Below, in pieces: positions 61,532 through 64,000 of a stretch of 64,000 bases of DNA. This stretch comes from an uncultured bacterium (lineage in GTDB: Bacteria; Acidobacteriota; HRBIN11; JAKEFK01), in the NCBI GenBank assembly GCA_963777505.1, contig CAVZQN010000006.1, positions 352,001-416,000 on the forward strand, written 5' to 3'. Numbering within the stretch: the stretch's first letter is position 1; every line of letters begins with the position of its first letter. The translations under genes and the position numbers were made by a program. The notes below the pieces were generated by a model. That model was not told the origin of the DNA. It searched no databases and saw only the letters and a list, made by a program, of their open reading frames with translations.

Positions 61532-62656
61532 ATGTCCCCATCAAAACCGCCAAACGGAAAAGTTCGTTATGCCGTTGTTGGTCTCGGCTATATTGCGCAA
61601 GTCGCAGTATTACCTGCATTTAAACATGCCTCAAAGAATTCAGTTTTAGCTGCTCTAGTCTCTGATGATCCTGAAAAGCTTCAAACGCTTTCTAAGGAAT
61701 ATGACGTAAAGCGAACGGCTCGTTATGACGAGTATGACGATCTTTTACGAAGCGGAGAAATAGATGCAGTTTATATAGCACTTCCGAATCACTTACATGC
61801 CGCATATACACTTCGCGCTGCTGACGCTGGCATTCATGTCCTTTGCGAAAAACCTATGGCTGTTTCTAGCGAAGAATGTCTCCGAATGATTGAAGGCGCC
61901 GAAGAAAACGGAATTAAGTTAATGATCGCTTATCGGTTGCATTTTGAAAAAGCAAATCTGAAAGCAGTTGAGATTGTAAAATCTGGAAACCTTGGAATTC
62001 CACGCTTCTTTGATTCAACTCACAGCATGCAAGTCAGAGAAGGGAATGTCCGCCTTGTTGATGAAGTTCTTGGTGGCGGTCCAGTTTATGATATTGGAAT
62101 TTATTGTATCAATGCAGCACGTTATTTATTCCGGGACGAACCAGAAGAAGTTTTTGCATACAGCGCGACGGGTGAGAGTGCGCGTTTTAAGGATTCTGAT
62201 GAAATGACGGCTGCAGTCCTTCGATTTCCAAATAATAGAATCGCTACTTTTAGTTGCAGCTTTGGAGCCTCAGATACTTCGATGTACCGAATTGTTGGAA
62301 CGGAAGGAGATCTGCGTGTTGAGCCTGCCTATGAATATGCAGGAGAGTTGGAGCATCATCTGACAATCGATGGTAAAACGCGGAATCGGAAATACAAGAA
62401 GCGGGATCAATTTGCGCCTGAGATTGAATATTTTTCAGCATGTATCTTAAGGAATAAGAAACCAGAGCCTGGTGGCGAAGAAGGCTTAATTGATGTACAA
62501 ATCATTGAAGGCATCCTTGAGTCGGCGAGAACCGGCAGGTCTGTTTCAATTGAAAAGAGAAAAAAAGGATCACGGCCGGACAAAGATCAGGAAATCCAAA
62601 AGCCGCCGATTGAGGAACCTGAATTAGTAAATGCCGAAGCTGCTTCTCGCGACTGA
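61532..62656 (+). CDS. Gfo/Idh/MocA family oxidoreductase (glucose-fructose oxidoreductase-like)
   Basis: VRYAVVGLGYIA, DAVYIALPNHLH, HVLCEKPMA, GGGPVYDIGIYC; RBS AAGGAG. Confidence 0.92.
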   Translation: MSPSKPPNGKVRYAVVGLGYIAQVAVLPAFKHASKNSVLAALVSDDPEKLQTLSKEYDVKRTARYDEYDDLLRSGEIDAVYIALPNHLHAAYTLRAADAGIHVLCEKPMAVSSEECLRMIEGAEENGIKLMIAYRLHFEKANLKAVEIVKSGNLGIPRFFDSTHSMQVREGNVRLVDEVLGGGPVYDIGIYCINAARYLFRDEPEEVFAYSATGESARFKDSDEMTAAVLRFPNNRIATFSCSFGASDTSMYRIVGTEGDLRVEPAYEYAGELEHHLTIDGKTRNRKYKKRDQFAPEIEYFSACILRNKKPEPGGEEGLIDVQIIEGILESARTGRSVSIEKRKKGSRPDKDQEIQKPPIEEPELVNAEAASRD

Positions 62657-62812
62657 ACAACGACGAGGATCATTTAGTTTCAAAGGAGTGAAGCCGAAAA
62701 AGGCAGCTGCGGGTTTTGTATTTTGGATCATAATTGAGCATAATCACCTTTAGATGGTGACTTCAGGTTTCGTAACAATGCGAAACGCTCAACTGAATTC
62801 CGTATTTCGTTC

Positions 62813-64000
62813 ATGAATGCACAATCCGGTATCCGCGGCTGGATTGCGCCAATTTTTATTGTCATTGTTGTTCTGCTTAGCTTCTCAAAAGTTTTGTTTC
62901 ACGACAGCTATGCTCTTGTTGAAGGGCAAGATTTAACAGGGCAGGCTTATCCCTGGTTCAATGTAGCCGCACATTGGTTTCAAAATAAAACACTTTTGTT
63001 TTGGGATCCCTATGTATTTTCCGGTAAACCAAATACGGGGGAGCCACAAACCGGAATTTTTTATCCGATCAATTGGATCTTTTTCGCGTGGCATTTCAAA
63101 GATGGTCAGCTTCCCACTGCAGCTCTTGAAACATTAATCATCTTGAATTTTTGTCTGATGTCTGTGTTTGTGTACTTTCTTGCGCGTTCATTCGGAATCA
63201 GCAGAAAAGGCGCTGTTATTTCCGGGATCGTTGGCGGTTTAGGTGGACTCAGTTCGAAAATGCATTCATGGCTCAATATTCAAAGTTCATTTGTGTGGCT
63301 GCCCTTGATTTTGCTTTTTTACAACAAGGCGAATAAAAGTCCATCACGTAAATCTGCTTTTGCTTTTTTGCTTTTGTGCGCCGTTTGTCTTGCCGTTTCA
63401 TTTCTGGCTGGTCATCATCAGCCGCCGATTCAGGCCGCGATTTTATTAGGCATGTATGCGCTCTATTTGAAAGTCTCGAAACAGTATGCAAGAGATCATG
63501 TTCCTTTCCTGGTTGGATTGATCGTTATTGCTTTCATGGCTGCGCTGCTTGCGGCAATTCAAATTTTCCCATCAGCGGAATGGGGCTCCCTGGCGTATCG
63601 GTGGGCTGGGTCATATGGACCATTGCAAGGAGGAGAAAAAATCCCGCATTATGTTTTGGAAAATGTAGAGAAAGTACATCCACAGGATTTTCTGTCTATC
63701 CTTTTCCCTTATGCAACGACAATGGTGAACCTCTATGTTGGTCCCATGGTGGTGGTTCTTGCTTTTCTGGGAGCGATGTTTTCACAGAAACGAGAAAGCA
63801 AATTTTTTCTGATTGCAGCGATCTTATTTACGCTTTTTAGTTTAGGGAAATATTCCATTCTGCATACATGGCTTTACACGTATGTGCCAGGTATGTGGTT
63901 CGCACGTGAAGCGTATTTATTTCTTGTTGCCTTTTCTAATTTGCATTGCGCTCCTTGCGGGATATGGCTTAGATGCGCTTTCTGAGAAATCGACCAATCC
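62813..64000 (+). CDS. YfhO-family (GT-C) membrane protein, runs off window; +1 frameshift near 63935
   Basis: FWDPYVFSGKP, AGHHQ, many TMs; shifted frame continues LICIALLAGYGLDAL. Confidence 0.8.

Overview
Chromosomal window (roughly 40-45% GC) from a diderm bacterium; gene content suggests Acidobacteriota, which is an inference only. No integrase, transposase, rRNA or CRISPR array was seen. Positions 6.5-35 kb form a cell-surface glycan locus with five GT2s, a DegT aminotransferase, a hexapeptide N-acetyltransferase, an FAD oxidoreductase, YfhO-like GT-C membrane proteins and five sulfatase-like proteins that carry Thr instead of the Cys/Ser formylglycine precursor. Two tandem Calx-beta surface proteins sit inside this locus. 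They share a ~165-aa C-terminal domain with the otherwise unrelated beta-helix protein at the start of the window. Housekeeping genes include purH, serS, msrB and tRNA-Pro/Arg/His/Arg(UCG). Positions 42-62 kb hold a general-stress-type cluster (Ku, three BON proteins, CsbD, DUF1328, L,D-transpeptidase, M23 peptidase, single-domain receivers) and an ECF sigma/anti-sigma pair. Best candidates for new biology: (1) a sigma54-driven structured sRNA with a C-rich loop next to a bEBP lacking its phospho-Asp; (2) the shared C-terminal domain; (3) the Thr-type sulfatase/GT-C glycan-decoration system. Several palindromic repeat families occur in intergenic DNA. About nine frameshifts are all single-base insertions and are probably long-read assembly errors.
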